From Candidatus Heimdallarchaeota archaeon (GTDB lineage Archaea; Asgardarchaeota; Heimdallarchaeia; Heimdallarchaeales; DAOWED01), in assembly GCA_030638685.1 (NCBI GenBank), contig DAOWED010000139.1:1-13721 (forward strand): DNA of 13,721 nucleotides, written 5' to 3'. Each line of letters opens with the position of its first letter. Positions within the stretch are counted from its first letter, which is position 1. The notes under the pieces are model-generated. The model was not told the DNA's origin and searched no databases. It saw only the letters and a list, made by a program, of their open reading frames with translations. The position numbers and the translations under genes are program-made. Positions 1-6,619 of the stretch are shown here, one piece after another.

Positions 1-63
1 ATATTTTTCCCAATCTTCTTGTGTTGCCTCTTTTGGGTCAAATTTCTCAATAATAATCCGCAT
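1..63 (-). CDS. Partial CDS, N-terminus only (MRIIIEKFDPKEATQEDWEKY...), running off the left edge of the window. Product unknown.
   Basis: The reverse complement of 1-63 starts with ATG at 63 and stays open to the window edge. A TATA-like element TTTATAAATA lies 21-30 nt upstream, and GGAGTG sits ~15 nt upstream. The ORF is too short for the ORF track. It has the same orientation as the upstream Mer-like gene. Confidence 0.3.
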   Translation of the reverse strand, partial: MRIIIEKFDPKEATQEDWEKY

Positions 64-83
64 AACTTCTATATCACTCCATT

Positions 84-93
84 ATTTATAAAC
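84..93 (-). promoter_or_regulatory. Archaeal TATA-box-like element (TTTATAAATA on the minus strand) upstream of the partial gene at 1-63.
   Basis: An A/T octamer of TATA-box type sits 21-30 nt upstream of the ATG at 63. The spacing is consistent with a short or leaderless 5' UTR. Confidence 0.3.
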
Positions 94-236
94 TTTTATG
101 TAAGATGTAAATAAGATACACAAAATACTAAAATGTAACTAAAGATAAGAGTTAAGAAAAACAAGTGTTTGAGAAGTGAGGTCATCATGTAGGTTAAAAT
201 AGAAAATAGAGGAGAAGAGAAAATAATAAGTGTTTT

Positions 237-1241
237 TTAGTCAAGTCTAAAAGTATCTATCATTGCTTTGACGTCATCACCCAAAGGATAGAGAACGGGA
301 CTAGTACAACCGTTTTCAATGTATTCAATTACTTTAGCACGACATTCATCAGGAGTACCAGCAGCAGCAATGTTTTGGACCACAGAATCTTCAACTAAAG
401 GCATTGCCTTTTCTATATCTTCAGAAGTGGCAGGCCAAGAGACGATTGAACGAATTTCATCCAATAAATCTTGCTTGAGACCGATGGCTTTACCAAAGTG
501 AGGTTGTTGAGCTAAATATTGAGTGACTAGTTTTTTAGCATTCCAGATAGCTCTGTCACCATCTTCATCTAAAGAACAAACAACTAACTGTGGTCGATCA
601 ATGTCATCCATCTTGCGACCAGCAAGGTCAGCTCCTTTCTTAATGGAAACTAATGCTCGTTGATTATATTCAGTAGAAACTAAATAATTCAAGAGTACAC
701 CATCTGAGATTTCACCAGAAAGCTCGAGCATTTTAGGACCAGTTGCGCCAATGTAAAGAGGAACGTCAATTGCTTTTCTGGAGCCATGAACAATATCTAA
801 GTTGATATCTTTCACATCAACAAATTCACCTTTGAATGTAACAGTTTCCATAGCAAGTAACTTTCGCATGGTTTCAAGATATTCTCTCATTGCAAGGAGA
901 GGTTTTCTACGTTTAACACCTACTTGAGAGGCAAGAGGATCCCACCAAGCTCCAAGCCCACAGATAACCCTACCGGGTGCAAGTTGATCTAATGTACTAA
1001 AGGTTGCTGCACATAAACCTACATTTCTAGTCCAGTTGTTAATAACACCGGAACCTACTTTGATTTTTTCAGTAACTGCGGCGATAGCAGACATAGGAAC
1101 AGTTGCTTCTCTGGCAAGCCTTGATTCAGCGAACCAAACAGCTTCAAAGCCTGCTTTTTCAGCATACTTTGCAAACTCCATCTCCTCTCTAAGGGAATGT
1201 TTATCTTGAAGATACATAGCTGGTCTTAATATTTCTGTCAT
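237..1241 (-). CDS. mer: F420-dependent luciferase-like-monooxygenase (LLM) family oxidoreductase. It most resembles 5,10-methylenetetrahydromethanopterin reductase (Mer).
   Basis: The ORF is 334 aa. Blocks [37 protein letters not shown] and [17 protein letters not shown] match conserved Mer / F420-LLM regions that I recall from methanogen Mer. The length is typical of Mer (~320-330 aa). Whether this is true Mer or a Mer paralog cannot be decided without a search. Confidence 0.75.
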   Translation of the reverse strand: MTEILRPAMYLQDKHSLREEMEFAKYAEKAGFEAVWFAESRLAREATVPMSAIAAVTEKIKVGSGVINNWTRNVGLCAATFSTLDQLAPGRVICGLGAWWDPLASQVGVKRRKPLLAMREYLETMRKLLAMETVTFKGEFVDVKDINLDIVHGSRKAIDVPLYIGATGPKMLELSGEISDGVLLNYLVSTEYNQRALVSIKKGADLAGRKMDDIDRPQLVVCSLDEDGDRAIWNAKKLVTQYLAQQPHFGKAIGLKQDLLDEIRSIVSWPATSEDIEKAMPLVEDSVVQNIAAAGTPDECRAKVIEYIENGCTSPVLYPLGDDVKAMIDTFRLD

Positions 1242-1253
1242 TTAATCACTTCA

Positions 1254-1295
1254 AATTATATAGTATCATTAATAACAACTAATTTTATAAAAAAG
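1254..1295 (-). promoter_or_regulatory. Candidate promoter region for the Mer-like gene. It contains two TATA-like elements (TATATAAT and TTTTTTATAAAATT, both read on the minus strand).
   Basis: On the minus strand, TATATAAT lies 15-22 nt and TTTTTTATAAAATT lies ~40-54 nt upstream of the ATG at 1241. The sequence GAAGTGATT immediately upstream resembles a weak SD. Confidence 0.3.
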
Positions 1296-1433
1296 ATATC
1301 GTTCTAACACTTCAAGAATGAAAAAGAGGTTCTCTTAAGGAAAATCCATTTTGAAAGAGTAAAAAATCATTTTCATGTTAGAAGAGCTTCTTATTGTAAT
1401 TAAAAAAATCACGGAAGATAGTGTCAAATAATG

Positions 1434-1442
1434 AAAAAAAAA
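1434..1442 (-). terminator. Oligo-T (T9 on the minus strand) archaeal-type terminator downstream of the NfeD-flotillin operon.
   Basis: A run of 9 A on the plus strand equals T9 on the coding (minus) strand, ~54 nt downstream of the flotillin stop at 1496. A second T7 run lies at 1402-1408. Archaeal RNA polymerase terminates at oligo-T tracts. Confidence 0.35.
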
Positions 1443-1495
1443 CTTAAAACGAAATTAAAGGAACTCCTCCCCCAAGAGGAACACTATAATGCTAA

Positions 1496-2932
1496 CTAAA
1501 AGTCTAGTTCTTCCTCTTCAAGAAAATATTCTTCATCTTGTTCTTCTTCAGGAAGTTCTAATTCTTTCTTTGTTAGACCATTAGTTTTTCGCACTTTATC
1601 GAGCATTCCGTTAATATCTAAACCAAACTGTTTACCGATAGCTAGAACTTGCATCATATTTTTAGGAACTATTCCTAGAGGAGATTCACTTGAAGAACCG
1701 TTTCCTCCAAGGTTCATCCAATTGATGTCGCCTACCTTCATTGATGAGGCAATTACAGGTAACTGGTCGATAAGCCTTTGCATAAGTACTGCTTCATTGA
1801 TCTGGTTTTGAGCATTAACTTTCTCTTTAAGACCTTCTGCTTCAGCAAGAAGAATGGCTTTATTGCCCTCTGCTTCTGCCATCATCTGCCCTTTACGAGC
1901 CTCAGCAACAATTTTAATCTGTTTAGCTTCAGCTTCTGCATCTTTCTCTCTTTGAATTAATGCAGTCTGAGCATCGATAGTTTTTTGCTCTTGCTCCTTA
2001 TTAGCTAGCTCAACTTGTTTTGCCATCTCAATCTTCATGAATTCAAGTTGTTTAACACGAACAGCTTCACCAACCTGTTGTTCACGGTTTTGGATAGCTA
2101 CTTCAACAGCTCTTTTCTTCTCTTGCTCAGTAAGATCTAATATTCTTTGCTGATCAACAACTGCTTTATCTCTAACAAGTTCTCTAACTTTAGCAATTTG
2201 GTCTTGCTCAGCTTGATAAGTCCTTGTTTCATTACTGGCTAGTGATTCAGCCTTAGCAATTTTGAGGCTTTTTTTAATAGCCATCTCTTGGATATCTCTT
2301 TCAGTTGAAATGCTGATTTCCTGAGCAGTTCTTCTTTTCTCATTCTCAAAGGGAGCTTGTAAATCATTGAAGAGTTCCTGGTTTACAACGGTAACATCGC
2401 GAACCTCAACTGTTTCAATTGATACACCCCAGCTTTCGACAATGGGAGTTACTTCGCTCATTATTGATTCAATAATGATACTTCTTTCTCTCAAAATTTG
2501 TTCAAGAGTCATGTTAGCGACAGCTGTTCTGATTACTGCTTCAACAATTTGTTCTAATGTTACTGAAATGCTAGTCATTGCTGTTGTTCCAATAGCTTTG
2601 AAAGCCATTTCAGGTTCCATAATTCTCCATACAATAAATCCTCTGACAATAATCTCTTGGTTTTCCTTTGAGATCACTTTATCAGAAGCTGAAATATCAA
2701 CTGTTTGAATTGCTGTTGAAAGGACCACAATGTGGTCGACTATCGGTAAGAGAAAAACTCCTCCTCCATAAGAAGCAGTTTTCAGTTTACCTGATCGGAA
2801 ATGAAGTACGAATTCATTTGATGTAAATATTTTATAGCGATTCTTGAAAATAATGATAAGCATTAGTGATACGAATAAAATGCTCATAACTATTAAGAAC
2901 GCTGGATGCATTATTAATGTGCTAAATTCCAT
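1496..2932 (-). CDS. Flotillin-like SPFH/band-7 domain membrane protein (FloT/YuaG-like).
   Basis: The ORF is 478 aa. An N-terminal hydrophobic hairpin is followed by an SPFH-like beta-rich domain. A long coiled-coil with Glu/Ala-rich flotillin-type repeats (AEAEAKQIKIVAEARKGQMMAEAEGNKAILLAEAEGL) follows. It ends in an acidic C-terminal tail. The ATG is preceded by the strong SD GGAGGA (2942-2947) with 9-nt spacing. It sits immediately downstream of the NfeD-like gene, which is the conserved SPFH-NfeD arrangement. Confidence 0.85.
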   Translation of the reverse strand: MEFSTLIMHPAFLIVMSILFVSLMLIIIFKNRYKIFTSNEFVLHFRSGKLKTASYGGGVFLLPIVDHIVVLSTAIQTVDISASDKVISKENQEIIVRGFIVWRIMEPEMAFKAIGTTAMTSISVTLEQIVEAVIRTAVANMTLEQILRERSIIIESIMSEVTPIVESWGVSIETVEVRDVTVVNQELFNDLQAPFENEKRRTAQEISISTERDIQEMAIKKSLKIAKAESLASNETRTYQAEQDQIAKVRELVRDKAVVDQQRILDLTEQEKKRAVEVAIQNREQQVGEAVRVKQLEFMKIEMAKQVELANKEQEQKTIDAQTALIQREKDAEAEAKQIKIVAEARKGQMMAEAEGNKAILLAEAEGLKEKVNAQNQINEAVLMQRLIDQLPVIASSMKVGDINWMNLGGNGSSSESPLGIVPKNMMQVLAIGKQFGLDINGMLDKVRKTNGLTKKELELPEEEQDEEYFLEEEELDF

Positions 2933-2934
2933 TT

Positions 2935-3807
2935 TTAGTATTCCTCCGAATAATTAGTTTTTTTGTTTGTTTTCTTTTTTTGAGTTTGAGTTTGTGAGGT
3001 TGATCTCCCTCTATATAAACGAGTGATAACTAGATGTTCTCCTAGAATAGCTTTGTAGACCAAAGCCTTCTCTCCAGCTTGAATATTGTCAAATGGAGAA
3101 GCACCAATAGCTATTGATTTTCTAACAGCTCCATCAGGAGTTGTAAGGAGAACTAGCCCTGGTTTCTCATGAGTAACTCCGTAAACTACCTTGACATACT
3201 GTCCTGGTGCTGCTTTTCTAACAGGAGTTACGTAAGCTTTTGTCATTTTCTTGAGTAGAAAATTAAAGCCCCAATAACAGAAGTATGCAAAAAGCAGAAC
3301 TAGCCCTATTCCAAGGTCGCTTCGTCCGTAGGTTTCGAGTAAACCCAATCCACCTAACCCGTAAACCATACAAAAAGTAGCTATTCCACCAATTAAACTA
3401 CCTGACCCTTCAATTTCTACTGTTCCAGCTGACCCATCAACTGCAATAGTACCAAACCCAATATCGGGATCAACTTCTTGGTCTAAGTCTATCTCTTTGT
3501 CAAAGTCTAGCTCATGATCTAAGTCTATCTCTTTGTCAAAGTCTAGCTCATGATCTAAGTCTAAGTCATGATCTAAGTCTAGCTCATGATCTAAGTCTAA
3601 GTCATGATCTAAGTCTAAATCGTGATCAATGTCTAAGTCTTGGTCTAGATCTGTTCCTGCTTCGTGCTCAATTTCATGCTCGTGTTCTGCCATTTCACTT
3701 GCAATGAAACTTATTAAGTAAATGAAAAAGAACGTTAACCCAAACACGGCCATTCCTGCTGTGAAACCGTATAACCAATCGTAGGGGATTAGTTCTACTA
3801 GCGTCAT
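2935..3807 (-). CDS. NfeD-like membrane protein (short NfeD/YuaF type) carrying an internal His/Asp-rich hexapeptide repeat insert.
   Basis: The ORF is 290 aa. An N-terminal TM helix is followed by a ~75-aa acidic (H/D)(E/D)LDLD repeat region. Hydrophobic Gly-rich TM segments follow. The C-terminal segment (YVTPVRKAAPGQYVKVVYGVTHEKPGLVLLTTPDGAVRKSIAIG...LVITRLY) looks like the NfeD C-terminal beta-barrel (OB-fold) domain. Its position directly upstream of and coupled to a flotillin gene is the canonical NfeD-SPFH pairing. Confidence 0.75.
   Translation of the reverse strand: MTLVELIPYDWLYGFTAGMAVFGLTFFFIYLISFIASEMAEHEHEIEHEAGTDLDQDLDIDHDLDLDHDLDLDHELDLDHDLDLDHELDFDKEIDLDHELDFDKEIDLDQEVDPDIGFGTIAVDGSAGTVEIEGSGSLIGGIATFCMVYGLGGLGLLETYGRSDLGIGLVLLFAYFCYWGFNFLLKKMTKAYVTPVRKAAPGQYVKVVYGVTHEKPGLVLLTTPDGAVRKSIAIGASPFDNIQAGEKALVYKAILGEHLVITRLYRGRSTSQTQTQKKKTNKKTNYSEEY
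2942..2947 (-). promoter_or_regulatory. Shine-Dalgarno GGAGGA for the flotillin-like gene, embedded in the 3' end of the NfeD-like gene.
   Basis: GGAGGA lies on the minus strand 9 nt upstream of the ATG at 2932. The NfeD stop TAA (2935-2937) ends 2 nt before that ATG, indicating translational coupling. Confidence 0.5.
3478..3648. repeat. Near-perfect tandem DNA repeats (36-bp unit x2, then 18-bp units x4) encoding the HDLDLD/HELDFDKEIDLD peptide repeats of the NfeD-like protein.
   Basis: Direct reading shows gatctaagtctatctctttgtcaaagtctagctcat twice. It is followed by alternating gatctaagtctaagtcat / gatctaagtctagctcat units and a degenerate gatctaagtctaaatcgt unit. Confidence 0.85.
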
Positions 3808-3808
3808 C

Positions 3809-3922
3809 TTAGGCTTCTCCTTGTTTTTTCAAAAAGTAAGCATCTTTGTTTCTTCTGAATCTGAATTTCCAATGATTGACTTCTTGTTCCTTTTCAGCCT
3901 TGTTCTTTCTTCCTTTACTCAT
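3809..3922 (-). other. 5' leader of the NfeD-flotillin operon. It contains a possible 37-aa basic upstream ORF (MSKGRKNKAEKEQEVNHWKFRFRRNKDAYFLKKQGEA) whose stop lies 1 nt before the NfeD ATG.
   Basis: An ATG at 3922 (minus) is preceded by a GAAGGA SD-like sequence. The frame runs to TAA at 3809-3811, which abuts the NfeD start. The ORF is below the ORF-track size cutoff. It could equally be untranslated leader, since the NfeD SD lies inside it. Confidence 0.15.
3817..3822 (-). promoter_or_regulatory. Shine-Dalgarno AAGGAG for the NfeD-like gene.
   Basis: AAGGAG lies on the minus strand 9 nt upstream of the ATG at 3807. Confidence 0.5.
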
Positions 3923-3929
3923 TTCTTAT

Positions 3930-4030
3930 TCCTTCTATATTTTTGCTAATCAATATATTATTCTATTTATCCTAGCATATTTATATTGTCTCATATATAT
4001 ATACGCATTAGAACTATATATGTCTTTCGA
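3930..4030 (-). promoter_or_regulatory. AT-rich promoter region for the NfeD-flotillin operon, with several TATA-like elements and an (AT)n run.
   Basis: The sequences atatatatatac, aatataaatatgc and ataaatagaataatatatt all lie upstream of the leader on the minus strand. The exact TATA box cannot be assigned without TSS data. Confidence 0.3.
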
Positions 4031-4034
4031 CGTT

Positions 4035-4108
4035 AAAAATGAAAGAAGAAGAAAGAATAGTAAAAAACGTGAAAAGGAGGGGAAAGAAGGAAGAGAAAGA
4101 AAGTGAAT
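4035..4108 (-). terminator. Pyrimidine-rich tract with T5/T6 runs immediately downstream of the 183-aa gene, read on the minus strand. It is a homopurine tract on the plus strand, and a candidate oligo-T terminator.
   Basis: About 70 nt of almost pure A/G on the plus strand (gaaagaagaagaaagaatagtaaaaaacgtgaaaaggaggggaaagaaggaagagaaagaaagtgaa). This gives C/T-rich sequence with TTTTTT and TTTTT runs on the coding strand just after the stop at 4109. Confidence 0.3.
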
Positions 4109-4660
4109 TTAGCGGAAAAAAGAATTAATCCAATTGGAAGCATGTACCTTAGCAGCTTCTAATGAATCAGTAGTGAGTAAGTCTATAGGAAGAGTATTTT
4201 CTTCGCAAACTTTAACATGATATTTCTTTTCAGTAATTTCGTTTTCAGGAAGGGAAAGCAAGTTCAGAAGTAGTCTAAGACGATTCTTTAGATTAGCTGG
4301 ATTAGTTATTTGAAAAATATCATTCAAATAATCTGAAGTAAGGGCTACTACATTGACCTTTGAGAAACTGATAACAGGTTTATCTAAAGGAAGAGTTACT
4401 AATGAAATTCTCTCATCTCTTGAAAAATCTCTTTTCTCAGGGTAATAAAATAATAAACCAGATCCGTTTTTGTGAATATACTTCAGAAGGGGTAAAATTC
4501 TTAGTAACCAATCATTTAGTGCCCAATGTTCAATACAAAGAACTCCCTTAAAAGGACGCCATTCCTCGTTTTCAAGTAGTTCCCCTTTAAGTTCATATTC
4601 TTCAGGAGTTGAAATCAACTCTTTGTCAGTTATTATTTCGTTTGCATTATTTTCAACCAT
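4109..4660 (-). CDS. Hypothetical protein, 183 aa, with no recognisable domain.
   Basis: A long ORF in AT-rich DNA that is divergent from the 4851 gene cluster. I recognise no motifs. It is probably cytoplasmic, as it has no TM segment. Confidence 0.55.
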   Translation of the reverse strand: MVENNANEIITDKELISTPEEYELKGELLENEEWRPFKGVLCIEHWALNDWLLRILPLLKYIHKNGSGLLFYYPEKRDFSRDERISLVTLPLDKPVISFSKVNVVALTSDYLNDIFQITNPANLKNRLRLLLNLLSLPENEITEKKYHVKVCEENTLPIDLLTTDSLEAAKVHASNWINSFFR

Positions 4661-4810
4661 TTGCCCGACCTCATAAATGTTACGTATTAGATATATTTGA
4701 ACTAGTTTTTAATTATTTGCCCTATTTTTCCAAAAAAAAGTAAAAATCAAAAAAAACCATTTTACTGCAAAACAAATGAAAAAAAGTCTGAGAAATCCCT
4801 TGGCAAATCT

Positions 4811-4840
4811 TTAATTAGGTGTTTGCATTAATTTTATACG
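4811..4840 (+). promoter_or_regulatory. Candidate promoter for the Cys-rich protein A gene. It contains TATA-like elements (TTAATTAGG, ATTAATTTTATAC).
   Basis: A/T elements lie 11-40 nt upstream of the ATG at 4851. A possible weak SD-like AAGGGT sits 5 nt upstream of the ATG. This is a shared divergent intergenic region with the 4109-4660 gene. Confidence 0.25.
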
Positions 4841-4850
4841 GTTAAGGGTT

Positions 4851-5258
4851 ATGTCAAATTTTGAAGAAGATAAAGATCATTCGTGTGGAAATTGTGTTCA
4901 TTTATGTCCTAATTTCACATGTGCTTTAGAAATCAGGGGAAGAATTAAGGCTTCTGAAATTTTTTTGAGAGGGAAATTTTGTCCTGAATGGCAATATAAT
5001 GACCCCAATAGAGACAAACTGGAAAGTGTTTATCAAGCAAGTTTTCCATATGAAGAGCTTAAAGAGAAAGTAAAAAATGACTTTATTCTAGATAAAAAAG
5101 TTATCGAGATTATCTGCGAAAAAGGGGAAATATCGATGAATGACCTTATGACGGAAACAAAGCCATTTGAAGATTTACTTGGGGAATCGATAACAATTGA
5201 TCAATTGTATAAAATCTGTGAAAGATACAATTGCTTAAAACTAGTTAAAAAATTATAG
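4851..5258 (+). CDS. Cys-rich small protein, paralog A (135 aa). It has an N-terminal C-x2-C-x3-C-P-N-x2-C ... C-P-x-W block and a helical C-terminal half. Function is uncharacterised.
   Basis: It shares ~40% identity overall with the 5830-6240 product. The N-terminal ~55 aa are near-identical in pattern (CxNCxxLCPNxxCAxxIRGxIKxxxIxLRGKxCPxWxYNDP). I could not assign a known family by eye. Confidence 0.75.
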   Translation: MSNFEEDKDHSCGNCVHLCPNFTCALEIRGRIKASEIFLRGKFCPEWQYNDPNRDKLESVYQASFPYEELKEKVKNDFILDKKVIEIICEKGEISMNDLMTETKPFEDLLGESITIDQLYKICERYNCLKLVKKL

Positions 5259-5264
5259 AGAGGA
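5258..5264 (+). promoter_or_regulatory. Shine-Dalgarno GAGAGGA for the V4R-like gene.
   Basis: It lies 5 nt upstream of the ATG at 5270. It overlaps the stop codon of gene A (TAG at 5256-5258), which implies co-transcription and coupling of genes A and V4R. Confidence 0.5.
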
Positions 5265-5269
5265 TAAAA

Positions 5270-5761
5270 ATGAGATTTTTCAGAAGACAAAGCAAAAGGG
5301 ATGCGTCAAAAGATTACTTGAATAGGATGGTAATTGGTTTAGGAGCTGGACTGGTAAAAGCTAGAGCGTTCATAATCAACGAAGATTTTGGTCCACAAGG
5401 AACAATGGATGTGCTTGCCACCTGGATGGGACAAGAAATAGGAAAAGAAATGCTAGATAGAAATATCTTAACAAGTAACTCCACTTATGAAGAAATAATT
5501 GAAAAAATGCTCAATGAATTGAATTTAGCAGATGGGATATCAACACAATTCACAAACGATGAAGCACGAATCGTTGTCAAAGAATGTCTCATTTGTCCTA
5601 GAAGAGTGGGAAATTATGATTTGGAAAGATACACTTCATGCCCAGTTGGCGGATTAATAAGAGGAGTAATAAATTCAATAAGCGGAAAAAGCCCACAATT
5701 AACAAGTATTGATTATAATCCCGCAGAAGAATGTGAAGTCAAGATAAATCTTCAAGAGTAA
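5270..5761 (+). CDS. V4R-like (4-vinyl reductase / Bet3-like small-molecule-binding fold) Cys-containing protein, 163 aa.
   Basis: The C-terminal segment KECLICPRRVGNYDLERYTSCPVGGLIRGVINSISGK...EECEV matches my recollection of the V4R consensus. That consensus is E-x-C-x2-C-x-G ... p-v-C-h-f-x-G-f-i-x-G ... E-x-C. The gene lies between the two Cys-rich paralogs. Confidence 0.6.
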   Translation: MRFFRRQSKRDASKDYLNRMVIGLGAGLVKARAFIINEDFGPQGTMDVLATWMGQEIGKEMLDRNILTSNSTYEEIIEKMLNELNLADGISTQFTNDEARIVVKECLICPRRVGNYDLERYTSCPVGGLIRGVINSISGKSPQLTSIDYNPAEECEVKINLQE

Positions 5762-5829
5762 AGCCACAAAAGGAATACAAGCTGAAAACCTTAATAAGCG
5801 GAAATATAATTATTACATGGTTAATTAAA

Positions 5830-6240
5830 ATGACTGGATTTCACGAAAAATTAGCTCAAACATGCGAAAACTGCTTTTTCCTATGTCCAAATTATCAATG
5901 TGCAAAAAAAATAAGAGGAGTCATCAAGAAAGAACAGATTCACTTAAGGGGTAAATATTGCCCTGTGTGGGAATATAATGATCCTGAAAAAGCACTTGGA
6001 GAATCTACTTACAAATCGATTCTATCCTTTGACAAAATTATGGACAAGGTTAAACTTGAAGATTTTCTCGATTTAAAAGTCTTGGAACTGGTTTGTGCTT
6101 CTGCAATAGTAACAATTAGACAACTTCAAGAGTTAATTGAACCATTTGAAGCGTTGCTTATTGATGATGTAACATTTACACTTTTAGCAAGCATATTAGA
6201 CCGGTTTTATGAAGGTATGCTTGTAGAGAAGGTAAATTGA
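5830..6240 (+). CDS. Cys-rich small protein, paralog B (136 aa), with the same conserved N-terminal Cys block as paralog A.
   Basis: The protein MTGFHEKLAQTCENCFFLCPNYQCAKKIRGVIKKEQIHLRGKYCPVWEYNDPE... aligns position-for-position with paralog A. The TATA-like AAATATAATTATTA lies ~17-30 nt upstream. Confidence 0.75.
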   Translation: MTGFHEKLAQTCENCFFLCPNYQCAKKIRGVIKKEQIHLRGKYCPVWEYNDPEKALGESTYKSILSFDKIMDKVKLEDFLDLKVLELVCASAIVTIRQLQELIEPFEALLIDDVTFTLLASILDRFYEGMLVEKVN

Positions 6241-6309
6241 ACAATTGAACTTATGGGAGAAGCTTTTTCTAGATATTTTGCTGGGCTAATAAAAAATAAG
6301 TTAAATTAA

Positions 6310-6337
6310 TTTTTGATAGATTTTTTATTCTTTTTTT
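6310..6337 (+). terminator. Cluster of oligo-T runs (T5, T6, T7) downstream of the Cys-rich/V4R module.
   Basis: The sequence tttttgatagattttttattcttttttt lies 70-100 nt after the stop at 6240. It is of archaeal oligo-T terminator type. Confidence 0.35.
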
Positions 6338-6427
6338 AGTACAAGCTAATTCAAGCACTCAAATGATGATAATCAATAAAAAAATGGTGGGGGGGAAATT
6401 GTTACTTGACCTTAGTCGAGAAAATAC

Positions 6428-6619
6428 TTAGTATCTGTCTCGGGGAGGTCTTCTTTTACGATAGCAATCTTTGCAGTAAACAGGTCTTTCTGGGTCGGGA
6501 ACAAAAGGAACTTGAGTTTCTTCTCCACAATCAGCACAAGTGGCGTCGTGCATTTCTCTTGGTTCTCGGGATCTATTTCCACCGTATCTATCGTTACTTC
6601 GTCTGTCTCTATAACTCAT
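6428..6619 (-). CDS. Small basic C4 zinc-ribbon protein (63 aa) with the motif CADCG-x-ET-x-VPF-x-P-x3-RPVYC-x-DCY.
   Basis: The protein carries CxxC-x17-CxxC within the strongly conserved VPF...RPVYC signature. This is a widespread short zinc-ribbon found in archaea and bacteria, often fused to RNA-binding/helicase proteins. Both termini are Arg-rich. The frame and stop were verified by hand. The overlapping plus-strand ORF 6406-6645 is rejected. Confidence 0.8.
   Translation of the reverse strand: MSYRDRRSNDRYGGNRSREPREMHDATCADCGEETQVPFVPDPERPVYCKDCYRKRRPPRDRY

Noticed and set aside
319-501. A 60-aa plus-strand ORF inside the Mer-like gene.
   Set aside because: It is antisense and fully embedded in a well-supported 334-aa gene, and no motif is visible.
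1460-1486. A possible hairpin CCTCccccaaGAGG just after the flotillin stop.
   Set aside because: It has only a 4-5 bp stem. Archaeal termination is better explained by the nearby T9 run, so this is too weak to call.
1778-2708. Two plus-strand ORFs (1778-1960 and 2367-2708) inside the flotillin-like gene.
   Set aside because: They are antisense shadow ORFs within a confidently assigned SPFH/flotillin gene.
3478-3648. I considered whether the 18/36-bp tandem repeats could be a CRISPR-like or minisatellite non-coding array.
   Set aside because: The repeats are contiguous with no spacers. They lie in-frame inside a long ORF whose flanks encode a recognisable NfeD protein, so they are coding tandem repeats.
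3876-4106. A 76-aa plus-strand ORF in the NfeD-operon upstream region.
   Set aside because: It lies in an AT-rich promoter/leader region, and its C-terminal half is simply a translation of the homopurine tract (KNERRRKNSKKREKEGKEGRERK). No RBS or promoter context is visible, so it is probably spurious.
6380-6400. A G7 run (tggtgggggggaaatt) near the end of the zinc-ribbon gene.
   Set aside because: It is a single homopolymer with no partner repeats, so there is no evidence of a G-quadruplex (which needs four G-runs) or of a functional element.
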